A DNA stretch of 64,000 bases from a phage, in the sequence record PV419677.1, one strand, 5' to 3'. This document shows, piece after piece, positions 46,394-59,931 of the stretch (within the stretch, counting starts at the first letter, position 1; each line of letters opens with the position of its first letter). The notes under the pieces were generated by a model, which had not been told where the DNA came from, did no database searches, and was given only the letters and a program-made list of their open reading frames with translations. A program made the translations under genes and the position numbers.

Positions 46394-48204
46394 TGAAACA
46401 GAATTTAAAAATTGGCAATATGGTTGATGATGGTACTGGTGATTACCTTCGTCTCGGCGGTCAAAAAATAAATAATAACTTTGATGACCTTTATTATCAG
46501 CTAGGGGACGGTGAAAATCCCCATGCAGCTGGTGCATGGAAAACTTGGACTACGCAAGAAGGCACCGAGTTGTCCGCTGTTATGGGTCGAAGCTATACCA
46601 TCGATACATCAGCCGGCGCAGTTCGAGTTATCCTTCCAAAAGGAACAACTCAAGAATACAATTATGTAATTCGCTTGCGTGATGTGTTTGCTACCTGGCA
46701 AATCAACCCGGTGACAATTGTTCCTGCAGTTGGGGATACGATTAAAGGCTCACCGAATCCAGTAGAAATTAAACGCAACTTAGCTGACCTTGAACTTGTA
46801 TATTGTTCACCAGGTCGTTGGGAATATATCGATAATAAACAAGTCGATAAAATTTCAAATAACGACGTTGCCACAGTTGCATCCCAACAGTTTATTGCCA
46901 CCGAAGGACAAACTGACTTTATCAATGTGTTTGGTGCTATTCCATATAGCATATCGAACTTAGAAGTCAAACATCGTGGTAACGACCTGTTTTATGGTAA
47001 AGATGATATTTTCGACCCGGTGAATGCTGAATTTGGTTCCCCTGGTGCAAACCCTGGTGAAATCGTTGCGCTTGATGGTAAAAGCATCCGTCTGAAAATG
47101 CCATGTGCTGAAGGTGATACTGTTATCATCCGAACATTTAATGATGGTATTGCTCAATGGCGTAGTTCGTATAATCGTCGTGATATACTTGTTCGTAGTC
47201 AAGACAGGACCAAAGAAACAACAATTAATGGCTCTTTGATTGTTACGGATTTGACAACCAAACACACCTTTACAATTGAAGAACTTGGTATTTCTCCGGG
47301 TAGCCCAATTAACCCAAACGCATGTCAGGTATTCATTAACAGTATTTTACAACACCAAGCCGGGACCGCAGGAACTCCAGTATTTTATTGCGAAGGTGCA
47401 CAAGGTTCTACTGCTGCAGAATGTAGTGCAAATGGTGGTAGCTGGTCTGAATCAAACCAGGATTATTTGCTGCAATTTGATGATGATAACCGTATCGAAG
47501 GCATTAGCATTTACCGTGAATTTGAAGACGGTGATATTCTGTCGGTCATTTGGTACAATAACGATATCGGCACAACTATGACCATGGATGAAATCCGTGA
47601 TGAGACTGATACTCTTTATGTTTCTCAGGGAAATACGTTGAGCCTAACCGGTCGTGTGCGTATTACAGATTTTGATAATCCGTTTGCACCAAACGTTGAA
47701 CCAGTCGGTCTTCAGGAAGTTGTTCCATCTTCTGTTGGCGCTATCTTTGAATTATTCTATCCGGTCGGTACAATTTACGAAAATACGGTTAACCCAAATA
47801 ACCCGGTTACTTATATGGGATTTGGTTCATGGAAACGTTTGAAAGAACGTGTAATTGTTGCCTGGTCAGACGACCCTGCCTCAAACTTCCATACAAACAA
47901 TAATGACCTGGATTCTGGTGGTAACCCACAAGCGACAGCAGGTGGTACAGGTGGTAGCGTTGAAGTTCATATTAAAGATATAAACGTACCTAAACTTGAA
48001 ACTGATGAGAAGGTTTTAGTTGTTGATGATAATGGTCCGATTGTTGTCGGTGGTTGTCAGGTAGACCCAGATGCACAAGGTCCAGCCTATACCAAATACA
48101 GAGAAGACAAAGCCACCATTAATCAGGCGCAAGACCCTCAAGCTCAACCAGTTTATACAATGCCTCCATATTTGATTGCTCATCGCTGGGTAAGGATTGC
48201 TTAA
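46393..48204 (+). CDS. 10: baseplate wedge protein gp10
   Basis: 603 aa; size and synteny. Confidence 0.8.
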   Translation: MKQNLKIGNMVDDGTGDYLRLGGQKINNNFDDLYYQLGDGENPHAAGAWKTWTTQEGTELSAVMGRSYTIDTSAGAVRVILPKGTTQEYNYVIRLRDVFATWQINPVTIVPAVGDTIKGSPNPVEIKRNLADLELVYCSPGRWEYIDNKQVDKISNNDVATVASQQFIATEGQTDFINVFGAIPYSISNLEVKHRGNDLFYGKDDIFDPVNAEFGSPGANPGEIVALDGKSIRLKMPCAEGDTVIIRTFNDGIAQWRSSYNRRDILVRSQDRTKETTINGSLIVTDLTTKHTFTIEELGISPGSPINPNACQVFINSILQHQAGTAGTPVFYCEGAQGSTAAECSANGGSWSESNQDYLLQFDDDNRIEGISIYREFEDGDILSVIWYNNDIGTTMTMDEIRDETDTLYVSQGNTLSLTGRVRITDFDNPFAPNVEPVGLQEVVPSSVGAIFELFYPVGTIYENTVNPNNPVTYMGFGSWKRLKERVIVAWSDDPASNFHTNNNDLDSGGNPQATAGGTGGSVEVHIKDINVPKLETDEKVLVVDDNGPIVVGGCQVDPDAQGPAYTKYREDKATINQAQDPQAQPVYTMPPYLIAHRWVRIA

Positions 48205-48869
48205 TGAAAACATTAACGAATAAAAAGGCTGGAGTAATTTCCCGCCTTGCTAGTTGCTTAGAATTTCAAAATACATCAAAAAATATTACGGCTGTCATGG
48301 GTCAACGAGCAATCGGCGGCCCATCTGCAACACAAACAACCGAGGGTATTTTTTATCCAACAGTTCAGAGCGCAATAGATGATATTGCGTTTCGATATGA
48401 GCTTCCGGTTGGCAGTGTAATTACTAATACGAATAACCTTTCTCCTGCGGCAATCAGTCAGTCGGATAAAATTAAATTTACCGGGTCTATTTCTGGTGCT
48501 GGAGTTGGTGATACTGTTTTATTTTTCATTTTTGGTATTCCAGTTGAGGTTATTGTCGGGGATTCGGCTGTATTAGTTGCTTCCAAGGTTAACGATGCTT
48601 TGCTGGCGGCTGTTGCTGATAGTTTAATTGTATCAAGCTCTGCAATTGATAGTGTAGACCAGTCTATATTAAATATTACATATAACGACTATCAAAACCA
48701 TAATTTTGCACCTTTTACTCAATATGGTTGTACGCTTAGCCAGACTATTATACAGCAACCGCGCGGTGGTTATGGTTCCTGGGAATATCTTGGAACTTCA
48801 ACCCAGACATTATCAGGTGGCACAGCAGATGGCGCAATTTCACTTTACCATTATAAGCGAGTATCGTAA
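48204..48869 (+). CDS. 11: baseplate wedge protein gp11
   Basis: 221 aa; size and synteny. Confidence 0.8.
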   Translation: MKTLTNKKAGVISRLASCLEFQNTSKNITAVMGQRAIGGPSATQTTEGIFYPTVQSAIDDIAFRYELPVGSVITNTNNLSPAAISQSDKIKFTGSISGAGVGDTVLFFIFGIPVEVIVGDSAVLVASKVNDALLAAVADSLIVSSSAIDSVDQSILNITYNDYQNHNFAPFTQYGCTLSQTIIQQPRGGYGSWEYLGTSTQTLSGGTADGAISLYHYKRVS

Positions 48870-50419
48870 TGACAACGACTAACACGCTAAAACACATTAG
48901 CGATAAATCCGAATATAAAACATTCGACCCGACGGGAACAGCTTTCCCGTCGACTGTTACCAACGTACAAGAGGCTTTAGGGTCTCTTAATAAAATTGCG
49001 TTAGATGGATATATCCCAGCCTCATCCGAAACGACCGCAGGACTCATCAGGCTAGCCACCACACAAGAAGTTATTGATGGTATTAGTCCAGACTCTGCAG
49101 TTACTCCAGCGACCTTAAAAGCTCGTTTAGACATTCCTACGCAAGCTACAGAAACTTATGTAGGTATTACCCGTTATGCAACCAATGCCGAAGCAATTGC
49201 CGGGACAGTAACCGATGCAGCTATTGTTCCATCTTCATTAAAAGCAACAATTGATAATGTTTTTACTGTTCGTGTTGGTACTGAAAATAACCTGGGTGTT
49301 CTTCGTATTAGTACCGAGGATGCAGCTTTAGCTGGCACAGATGACACAACCGCTATGTCTCCGTTGAAAGTTGCTCTGGCAATTGGCAAAGCAACAGCGG
49401 CGCTTCCAACTTATTCAACTGCCACACAAACTGTTTCTGGTTTAGTACGAATTGCTACAAATGCTGAAGTGCAAGCAGGAACCCTGGGTGACGGTGTAGC
49501 AATTTCTCCAGCAGGTTTAAATGCTCGTACAGCAACACAAGACCGCGCTGGGATTATTCGTCTTGGTAATCAGTCAGAGATTAATAACAGTGCTGATGGT
49601 GTTGCGGTAACTGGCGCAACTCTTAATGGTCGTGGAGCCACAACCGATAATCGCGGCGTCGTTAGATTAACTACTCAGGCTGGGGTTGCTCCTGGTGGTG
49701 ATGGTGCCGGTGCACTGGCTTGGAATGCTGATGTAATCAACACTCGCGGTGGTCAACGAATTAATGGAAGTCTTTCTTTAGATTATATTTCCACCGGCAA
49801 TTTTGATTCCAATACAGCTCATATGGGCGGTCAATTACTTTCTACACAGCGTTATGCTTCTGAACGGGTTCCAGTTGGAACGGTGATGATGTTCGCAGGT
49901 GATAGTGCTCCTCCTGGCTGGATTATGTGTCACGGCGGCACCGTTAATGGGGACCAATTCCCCGACTATCGAAATACTGTTGGAACTCGTTTCGGTGGCG
50001 ATTGGACCAACGTCGGTATTCCTGATATGCGTGGTTTGTTTGTTCGTGGTGCTGGTACCGGTGGACATATTCTGAATAACCGCGGTCAAGATGGTTATGG
50101 CAAAGACCGTTTGGGTGTTGGTTGTGATGGTTCATGGGTCGGTGGTGTACAAGCTCAGCAAATGTCATATCATAAACACGCGGGTGGTTGGGGTGAATAC
50201 CAACGTAACGAAGCTCCATTTGGTGCATCAGTTTATCAAGGTTATCTGGGTACAAGAAAATATGCAGACTGGGATAACGCTTCATATTTTACTAACGATG
50301 GATTTGAACTCGGTGGCGGCAGAGATGCTTTAGGTACGTTAAACCGTGAAGGTCTTATTGGTTATGAAACTCGCCCATGGAATATGTCTTTAAACTATAT
50401 TATCAAAATTCATTACTAA
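48869..50419 (+). CDS. 12: short tail fibre protein gp12
   Basis: 516 aa; Ala/Thr/Gly-rich repeats; size and synteny. Confidence 0.8.
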   Translation: MTTTNTLKHISDKSEYKTFDPTGTAFPSTVTNVQEALGSLNKIALDGYIPASSETTAGLIRLATTQEVIDGISPDSAVTPATLKARLDIPTQATETYVGITRYATNAEAIAGTVTDAAIVPSSLKATIDNVFTVRVGTENNLGVLRISTEDAALAGTDDTTAMSPLKVALAIGKATAALPTYSTATQTVSGLVRIATNAEVQAGTLGDGVAISPAGLNARTATQDRAGIIRLGNQSEINNSADGVAVTGATLNGRGATTDNRGVVRLTTQAGVAPGGDGAGALAWNADVINTRGGQRINGSLSLDYISTGNFDSNTAHMGGQLLSTQRYASERVPVGTVMMFAGDSAPPGWIMCHGGTVNGDQFPDYRNTVGTRFGGDWTNVGIPDMRGLFVRGAGTGGHILNNRGQDGYGKDRLGVGCDGSWVGGVQAQQMSYHKHAGGWGEYQRNEAPFGASVYQGYLGTRKYADWDNASYFTNDGFELGGGRDALGTLNREGLIGYETRPWNMSLNYIIKIHY

Positions 50420-50427
50420 GGACCAAA

Positions 50428-52053
50428 ATGATTAATAAACTCAGTCTCAAAGAACTGCCGTATAGCATCGGTATTCCAGACGAAGGTCAACAGAGAATTC
50501 GTTGGATACAAAACGGCGATTGTATGACTGCGGCCAGTACCAAATATGGTCATGATGGTAATTTGAACGCCGCTGCAGTTGGCGTTCAAACAAACGTAGA
50601 TACACTCGACGACAACTCAAATGCATCTAAAGAAAAAATAAACGAAATTATTGATAACGTCAATAATATTCAGGAAGCTTTGAATATAACAACTAACACG
50701 GAAGTTGTTAAACAAATTGAAAAAAACCGTACAGATATTCTTGACCTTGATGAACGTCAATTTAATACCGAATTGTTATCAAGCGAAACATCTGAAGACC
50801 TTAAAAAGTTAAAAGAAGATGTTGGTGTTTATGACCCGTTAACCGATTCATATTATCGCACAGTTCGTAATGACCTCGTATGGATTAAAAATGAATTAGG
50901 CCAGTATGTTGACCAAGATATAAATGGTCTCCAGGTTATCGGCAATCCGTCAAAAGGCATGAAACGCCGCATCATCGATAACAGTTCGGCTATTGTTGCT
51001 CATGGAGTTCGTATTAAGACTCTTGAAGATAACTATCATGATTCTGATGTTGGTTCTCTTAACGTAAAAGTAATTAAAATTCGTGAAGAATTAGGTGAGT
51101 CTACTTTAGCAACAGGTAAACCGGCTGTATTTGTTCGACTGAATACTCTTGATGGTAAAGCAGTTGAAATTGACGAAGATATTGCCAACATTCAAGAAGC
51201 TATTGGTTTTGGTACCGGACTTGCAATTACAACTCGCGTTGAAAATCTTGGTGGACGTGTTTCGGTCAATGAAACAGATATTGCGGATATCAAACCAAGA
51301 CTTGCTAAGGTTGAAGCTGATATCGGCACCGCTCTGGAACCGTTAACAATTAATGGTCGAATCAGTGCTTTGCGTTCGGATGTTAATGGCTTACAGGTTG
51401 TTGTTGGCCAGGATTCAAGCTCTGGTTTACGTGGTACCACTGCATGGCTTTCTCAGAGAATCGGTACAGAGCAATCTCCGGAGCCAAACACTATCACGTA
51501 TAAGTTGAATGCGACCACTACACTGGCTAACGAAACTGCATCAGGCCTTCAGGATGTACAGGCCGAAATCGGTACAAATAACACTGGTATGAAAGGCTCT
51601 ATTTTGACTTTAACTAGCCAGATGAATGGTACAAACCCTAACGGTGCTACCGTGGCTGAACGTGGTGTTCTTCCAGTTGTAATTAACTTGGATATGCTGA
51701 TGGCGTCCAAGCTGAACGACGCACCATTGGACAATAAGTTATATGGTCGCAAGCAAGGAAACTGGACTGAAATTATCGATACCAGAACCGAGATTGATGC
51801 AATTAAACTCGATACTGCAAAAATTGCACCATTAACCACTCGCGTGACAACCCTTGAAGGTACAGTAACTCCGCTCCCTGGTCGCCTGGATGCGGCCGAG
51901 GCGAAGATAACTACTTTAGAAGGTAAAGTATCAGCCTTAGAAACAGAGCTCGCCAAAAGGCCTCCTGTCGCTCCTGCAGCTGATGGTCTCCCTTATGTGC
52001 TCGTTGATAATGCATGGGTTCTTTTGTCTACATTCGTGACTGTTGGACCATAA
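50428..52053 (+). CDS. wac: fibritin (whisker)
   Basis: coiled-coil heptads; C-terminal foldon-like GLPYVLVDNAWVLLSTF; ATG at 50428 after gp12 stop. Confidence 0.8.
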   Translation: MINKLSLKELPYSIGIPDEGQQRIRWIQNGDCMTAASTKYGHDGNLNAAAVGVQTNVDTLDDNSNASKEKINEIIDNVNNIQEALNITTNTEVVKQIEKNRTDILDLDERQFNTELLSSETSEDLKKLKEDVGVYDPLTDSYYRTVRNDLVWIKNELGQYVDQDINGLQVIGNPSKGMKRRIIDNSSAIVAHGVRIKTLEDNYHDSDVGSLNVKVIKIREELGESTLATGKPAVFVRLNTLDGKAVEIDEDIANIQEAIGFGTGLAITTRVENLGGRVSVNETDIADIKPRLAKVEADIGTALEPLTINGRISALRSDVNGLQVVVGQDSSSGLRGTTAWLSQRIGTEQSPEPNTITYKLNATTTLANETASGLQDVQAEIGTNNTGMKGSILTLTSQMNGTNPNGATVAERGVLPVVINLDMLMASKLNDAPLDNKLYGRKQGNWTEIIDTRTEIDAIKLDTAKIAPLTTRVTTLEGTVTPLPGRLDAAEAKITTLEGKVSALETELAKRPPVAPAADGLPYVLVDNAWVLLSTFVTVGP

Positions 52054-52058
52054 CAAAA

Positions 52059-52076
52059 GGGCTTCGGCCCTTTTTT
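52059..52076 (+). terminator. intrinsic terminator after wac
   Basis: GGGC-TTCG-GCCC hairpin plus six Ts. Confidence 0.6.
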
Positions 52077-52078
52077 CG

Positions 52079-52086
52079 TATAAATA
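52079..52086 (+). promoter_or_regulatory. late promoter octamer TATAAATA for gene 13
   Basis: exact octamer 19 bp 5' of the gene 13 ATG. Confidence 0.55.
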
Positions 52087-52104
52087 CAGTAAAGAGGAAA
52101 ACAT

Positions 52105-53043
52105 ATGGCAACTGAATCATACAACCCGAAACAATTAAAAGATGCAATCCTTCGACGTCTTGGTGCTCCAATTACGAATATCGAAGTTACGACCGAACAG
52201 GTCTATGATTGCATCCAGCGTGCATTAGAATTATATGGCGAATATCATTATAATGGTTATAACAAAGGTTATCAGGCTTTTTATATCGGTCATGATGACG
52301 TTTCACAACAGAAATTTCGCGATGGTGTTTTCGATTTAAAAGGCCGTAATATTTTTGCAGTAACGCAGATTATTCGTACTAACGTCGGTTCATTAACTTC
52401 GATGGATGGTCAAGCTACATATCCATGGTTCACAGATTTTGTTCTGGGACTGGCCGGGATTAACGGTGGAATGGGTAGCTCATGTAACAGCTTTGGTCCA
52501 AATGCTTTTGGTGCAGACCTTGGTTATTTTACACAGCTTATGCAATATCGTTCAATGATGCAAGACCTGATGGTTCCGCTTCCGGATTACTGGTATAATG
52601 ACGATACTGAACAACTTAAAATTATGGGCAACTTCCGTCAGGGAGATGTGATTGTAATTGAAGTTTATACCAAATCGTATAACGGCGTGGATTCAATGGT
52701 AGGTAATACAGCTGGATATGGTTTTGCTTCGGCCGATTGTGATAATCCGTGGAATGCTGGCGCACAGTGGGATAACCCGGCACGCAGAATAAGCGGCATG
52801 AGAGCAGGTGAGGACCTTGGACTTCAAGATGGCGCATACAACAACCGTTGGGTGAAAGACTATGCCACGGCGCTCGTTAAGGAAGTTAACGGCAACGTAT
52901 TGGCTAAACACCAGGGGATGATGATGCCAGGTGGTACCACGGTTGATGGTGTTCGTTTAATTGAAGAAGCTCGTATGGAAAAAGAACGTCTCCGCGAAGA
53001 ACTTGACCTGCTGGATGCACCGACTCCTATATTGGTGGGCTAA
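52105..53043 (+). CDS. 13: neck protein gp13
   Basis: 312 aa; size and synteny. Confidence 0.8.
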   Translation: MATESYNPKQLKDAILRRLGAPITNIEVTTEQVYDCIQRALELYGEYHYNGYNKGYQAFYIGHDDVSQQKFRDGVFDLKGRNIFAVTQIIRTNVGSLTSMDGQATYPWFTDFVLGLAGINGGMGSSCNSFGPNAFGADLGYFTQLMQYRSMMQDLMVPLPDYWYNDDTEQLKIMGNFRQGDVIVIEVYTKSYNGVDSMVGNTAGYGFASADCDNPWNAGAQWDNPARRISGMRAGEDLGLQDGAYNNRWVKDYATALVKEVNGNVLAKHQGMMMPGGTTVDGVRLIEEARMEKERLREELDLLDAPTPILVG

Positions 53044-53828
53044 TGGCTACTTATGACGCAAGATTATTCGCCCGGCTCGAAGACGGGACCGGGTATGACA
53101 ATACCAATGCTACAGAGATATTGAACCCTTATGTAAACTTTATGCATCATGAAAATACTCAGACTTTAGCCGATGCTATTGTTGCTGAAAGTATTCAAAT
53201 GCGCGGAATGTCTCTTTATTATATCCCAAGACAATTCGTTAAACCGGATTTATTATTCGGTGAAGACCTCCAGAGTAAATTTGATAAAGCATGGAAATTT
53301 GCTGGATATCTGGATACGTTCGATGCATATCAGGGTGATGGTTCTATCTTTAGTAAATTCGGTATGACTGTGAACGATGAAATTACAATATCCATTAACC
53401 CTAATCTGTTTAAACACCAATGTAACGGAACTGAACCTATTGCCGGGGATTTGATTTATTTCCCTCTTGATAACAGCCTGTTCGAAATTACATGGGTGCA
53501 ACCTTATGACCCATTCTATCAGGTAGGTCAAAATGCTATCCGTAAAATCACCGCGAGCAAATACATTTACTCCGGAGAAGAGCTTAAACCCGAATTGCAA
53601 CGGAATGAAGGTATTAATATTCCAGAATTCAGTGAGCTCGATTTACAACCAATCCACAATATCGATGGTCTTACAGATATCAGCGATATCCCTTATGCTG
53701 AATCCAATGAGATTAACGCAGAAGCAGCTGAATATGTTAAACCATATTTTGTGCAGAATGGTCGTGGACTTGAGGCTCCTCCGAAGGCAAAACAGGATAG
53801 CTTTGACGATAGTTTCTTTGATGAATAA
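53043..53828 (+). CDS. 14: neck protein gp14
   Basis: 261 aa; size and synteny. Confidence 0.8.
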   Translation: MATYDARLFARLEDGTGYDNTNATEILNPYVNFMHHENTQTLADAIVAESIQMRGMSLYYIPRQFVKPDLLFGEDLQSKFDKAWKFAGYLDTFDAYQGDGSIFSKFGMTVNDEITISINPNLFKHQCNGTEPIAGDLIYFPLDNSLFEITWVQPYDPFYQVGQNAIRKITASKYIYSGEELKPELQRNEGINIPEFSELDLQPIHNIDGLTDISDIPYAESNEINAEAAEYVKPYFVQNGRGLEAPPKAKQDSFDDSFFDE

Positions 53829-53871
53829 ATACATTTATTAATGCGCCCGAACTGGGCGCCTGGAGGTTACT

Positions 53872-54743
53872 TTGTTTGGGCATTTTTATAATTCGTCTCT
53901 GCGTCGCTATATCGTTTTAATGGGCGATTTATTTTCCCATGTACAAGTGGCCAGAACCAGAGAAGACACTGGACTTAAATATATTAAGGTCCCTATTTCT
54001 TATGCTTCAAAAGAAAAATTCATGATGCAGCTTGGAAAATGGACCGCTATTCAGAATACACCGACTCCTGACATGTCACCACAAGAACGTGCTGCTCAGA
54101 AGGCTAAAATCGAGACCGTATTGCCCCGTATGAACCTGCATATGGTTGACTTGATGTATAACGGGCAATATAAAACGGCTCTCCAGAATCACACACAGGC
54201 GCGATTTGCTAATAACGACCCCCGCAAGCAGATATCTCAATATTCTCCTGTACCGGTCAAAATGATTTTCGAGCTTGGAATATATACAAGGCATCAAGAT
54301 GATATGTTCCAGATTATCGAACAAATCATGCCTTACTTCCAGCCACATTTTAATACAACTATCACAGAACTTTATACGAATGAAATTACGTTCGAACGTG
54401 ATATAAGAATCGTATTGCAGTCCATAGCAATGGATGAGCAAATTGAAGGTGATGCAATGACTCGTCGTAGACTCGAATGGTCCATTATGTTCGAAGTTAA
54501 CGGTTGGTTATATCCACCGGTCAAGGAAGTAGCCGGGGAAATCCGTACTATCTATCTTGACTTCTTTGCAAATTCCAGAGAGCTTGCACCGGAAGGTAAT
54601 TTCGAATCTGTTGACTCGGAAGCCGTTCCACGAGACGTCGACCAAGAAGACTGGCAAGGCGAATCTGTTCAAACCTATTCGCAGGATATTCCTGTACCGG
54701 TTGACCCAGCACCTCCAGCTCCAAGAAAAAATAGGGTACCATT

Positions 54744-54747
<4 letters not shown>
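53872..54747 (+). CDS. 15: tail sheath stabiliser/completion protein gp15
   Basis: [13 protein letters not shown] matches T4 gp15 as recalled; apparent TTG start with RBS ggagg. Confidence 0.8.
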
Positions 54748-57054
<2,307 letters not shown>

Positions 57055-57083
57055 AAGTAAAGCAAACTATTAGAGGACTCAAA

Positions 57084-59063
57084 ATGGCTTTATTATCCCC
57101 GGGCATTGAGCTCAAAGAAACAACGGTACAAAGCACTGTTGTTCGTAACGCGACGGGTCGTGCGGCGCTGGTTGGTAAATTCCAGTGGGGCCCAGCTTTC
57201 CAGGTAACTCAAATTACAAACGAAGTTGAACTTGTTGATTTGTTTGGTGGTCCGAATAATGAAACAGCAGATTACTTTATGAGTGGGATGAACTTCCTGC
57301 AATATGGTAATGACCTCCGTACTGTACGTGTTGTTAACCGTGACGAAGCTAAAAACGCATCCCCTATTGCTGGCAATATTGAAACTACCATCGTAACTGC
57401 TGGTACAAACTATGCTGTCGGTGATGTTATTCAGGTTAAACACAACCAGACTGTTGTTGAACCGGCTGGCCGTGTGACCAAGGTCGACGTTGATGGTAAA
57501 ATTCTGGCAATCTTTATTCCTACAAATAAGATTATTGCATTTGCCAAAACTATTAACCAGTATCCTAATTTAGGTAGTGCATGGACCGCGGAAGTTACAA
57601 CCACTTCTTCTGGTGTATCTGGTACCATCACCGTTGGGAAAATTGTTACCGATTCTGGCATTCTGTTGACTGAAGCAGAAAACAGTGAAGAAGCAATTAC
57701 TTCTCTGGAATTCCAGGCATCACTAGCAAAATATGCAATGCCAGGTGTTGTTGCTCTTTATCCAGGTGAAATCGGTTCGACTTTGGAAGTTGAAATCGTA
57801 TCTAAAGCTGACTTTGAAAAAGGCGCAGCTGCAAATCTGAATATTTTCCCAGGCGGCGGAACGCGTGCTTCTGTGGCTCGTGCCGTGTTTAACTATGGCC
57901 CGCAGTCTGAAAACCAATATGCAATTATCGTTCGCCGCGATGGCGCAATCGTCGAAAACGTTGTTTTGTCTACCAAACAGGGCGAAAAAGATGTTTACGG
58001 TAATAACATTTACTTGGATGACTACTTTGCAAAAGGTACTTCCAACTACATCTATGCAACATCTCGCAACTGGCCTGCAGGCTTCAGTGGTATCATCAAT
58101 CTGTCTGGTGGTATTTCTGCAAACGATAAGATTACCGCTGGTGATTTGATGCAAGGTTGGGACCTGTTTGCTGACCGTGAAGCACTGCATATTAACCTGC
58201 TTATCGCTGGTGCTGTTGCCGGTGAAGGTGATGCGACTGCTTCCACTGTTCAGAAACACGTGGTTTCTATTGCTGACGAACGTCAGGATTGTCTGGCATT
58301 TATTTCCCCGCCGAAAGGTCTGTTGGTTAACGTTCCTCTGACCCGTGCAGTGGATAACCTGATTGACTGGCGTACAGGTGCTGGCGCATTTGATACTGAT
58401 AACATGAATATCAGCACGACTTATGCAGCGATTGATGGCAACTATAAATATCAGTATGATAAATATAATGACGTTAACCGTTGGGTTCCTCTGGCAGCTG
58501 ATATGGCTGGTCTGTGTGCTCGTACTGATGATGTTTCTCAGCCTTGGATGTCTCCGGCTGGTTATAACCGCGGTCAGATTCTGAACGTTCTGAAATTGGC
58601 TGTTGAACCACGTCAGACCCAACGTGACCGCATGTATCAAGAAGCTATCAACCCGGTTGTTGGTTTCGCAGGTGGTGATGGTTTTGTTCTGTATGGTGAT
58701 AAGACTGCAACTAAAGTTCCATCTCCGATGGACCATATTAACGTTCGTCGTCTTACGAATATGCTGAAGAAAAATATCGGTGATGCATCCAAATATAAAC
58801 TGTTTGAGCTTAACGATAACTTCACTCGTGCATCATTCCGTATGGAAACTTCTCAATACTTGGATGGTATTCGTGCACTTGGTGGCATTTATGAAGGTCG
58901 TGTAGTTTGTGATACTACTAACAACACCCCGGCGGTTATAGACCGAAATGAGTTTGTTGCTAGCATATATTTTAAACCAGCAAGGTCGATAAATTTTATC
59001 ACGCTTAATTTCGTAGCAACAAGCACGGGCGCTGATTTTGATGAGTTGATTGGAGCGAACTAA
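57084..59063 (+). CDS. 18: tail sheath protein gp18
   Basis: 659 aa, same as T4 gp18; synteny. Confidence 0.9.
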   Translation: MALLSPGIELKETTVQSTVVRNATGRAALVGKFQWGPAFQVTQITNEVELVDLFGGPNNETADYFMSGMNFLQYGNDLRTVRVVNRDEAKNASPIAGNIETTIVTAGTNYAVGDVIQVKHNQTVVEPAGRVTKVDVDGKILAIFIPTNKIIAFAKTINQYPNLGSAWTAEVTTTSSGVSGTITVGKIVTDSGILLTEAENSEEAITSLEFQASLAKYAMPGVVALYPGEIGSTLEVEIVSKADFEKGAAANLNIFPGGGTRASVARAVFNYGPQSENQYAIIVRRDGAIVENVVLSTKQGEKDVYGNNIYLDDYFAKGTSNYIYATSRNWPAGFSGIINLSGGISANDKITAGDLMQGWDLFADREALHINLLIAGAVAGEGDATASTVQKHVVSIADERQDCLAFISPPKGLLVNVPLTRAVDNLIDWRTGAGAFDTDNMNISTTYAAIDGNYKYQYDKYNDVNRWVPLAADMAGLCARTDDVSQPWMSPAGYNRGQILNVLKLAVEPRQTQRDRMYQEAINPVVGFAGGDGFVLYGDKTATKVPSPMDHINVRRLTNMLKKNIGDASKYKLFELNDNFTRASFRMETSQYLDGIRALGGIYEGRVVCDTTNNTPAVIDRNEFVASIYFKPARSINFITLNFVATSTGADFDELIGAN

Positions 59064-59105
59064 GACTTTACTTCTGATTTAACTTGGGTTATAATGCGCG
59101 TATAA

Positions 59106-59113
59106 TATAAATA
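59106..59113 (+). promoter_or_regulatory. late promoter octamer TATAAATA inside GCGCG/CGCGC inverted repeat
   Basis: gcgcgTATAATATAAATAcgcgc, 18 bp 5' of the HNH ORF. Confidence 0.45.
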
Positions 59114-59130
59114 CGCGCAAGGATTTACAA

Positions 59131-59736
59131 GTGATTATTTCTAAATTTGTTGAAGTTCAAATACGAAATCATGCAAAGTGGTGGAGCGAATACTTAGGTA
59201 AAACTCTAACATATCATGATGTGATTTCTGTACCAGTTGAACAAATGCCAGATAATAGTAATAAAAAGATTGAATGTTCCTGTGATGAATGTGGTGCACA
59301 TTTTGAACGTGGTATTCAGTTGCTTCGGCGCGTTGATAAACATTTATGTAAGACCTGCGCAAGAAAAGATGTGGGTGCAAAAGTTTCTGTAAAAATGGCT
59401 GGAGTATCAAGATTTGATTTACGAGGAGAAAACCACCCTAGATGGAAAGGTAATCGCAAAGAATATGATTTGTATGCCCAGCGCATTCATGCATTAACTC
59501 GTGGAAAACATCTAAAGAATATTTGGTCAACATGGGAAAATGCAGATAAGATAGGAAAATGTGGAGAAGAAGGTGCATATCAGCTTGACCATAAAGTTTC
59601 TATTGCATATGGATTTTATAATCATATACCAGAGACAGTTATCGCTTCGCTCAACAATTTAGAAATAGTCACTTGGGAATCTAATAGGTCCAAAGGAAAA
59701 TCAAATAGTATTGACTTATGGGATATATTATCCTGA
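59131..59736 (+). CDS. HNH endonuclease with N-terminal zinc finger
   Basis: YQLDHKVSIAYGF..NLEIVTWESNRSKG HNH motif; CSCDECG..CKTCARK; GTG start; inserted between genes 18 and 19. Confidence 0.65.
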   Translation: MIISKFVEVQIRNHAKWWSEYLGKTLTYHDVISVPVEQMPDNSNKKIECSCDECGAHFERGIQLLRRVDKHLCKTCARKDVGAKVSVKMAGVSRFDLRGENHPRWKGNRKEYDLYAQRIHALTRGKHLKNIWSTWENADKIGKCGEEGAYQLDHKVSIAYGFYNHIPETVIASLNNLEIVTWESNRSKGKSNSIDLWDILS

Positions 59737-59871
59737 CAGTAAATGTAATTAAGCAGTAAACCGTAGAACCATTATACAATGCTATAAATAAAAGCATATC
59801 ATCGGTTCTACGGACTCCTCAGAGCTCCTCCAGCGACCTAAATACATTTATTGATGAATCATATTACCTAG

Positions 59872-59879
59872 TATAAATA
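59872..59879 (+). promoter_or_regulatory. late promoter octamer TATAAATA for gene 19
   Basis: exact octamer 52 bp 5' of the gene 19 ATG. Confidence 0.55.
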
Positions 59880-59931
59880 CATGCATCAGGGACGCGTACG
59901 CGCGACCTGTGTCTATAAAGAGGATTCCTTA

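Noticed and set aside
57723-58736. 337 aa minus-strand ORF
   Set aside because: Lies entirely antisense inside the well-supported tail sheath gene 18; Cys- and Asn-rich low-complexity translation; no start context.
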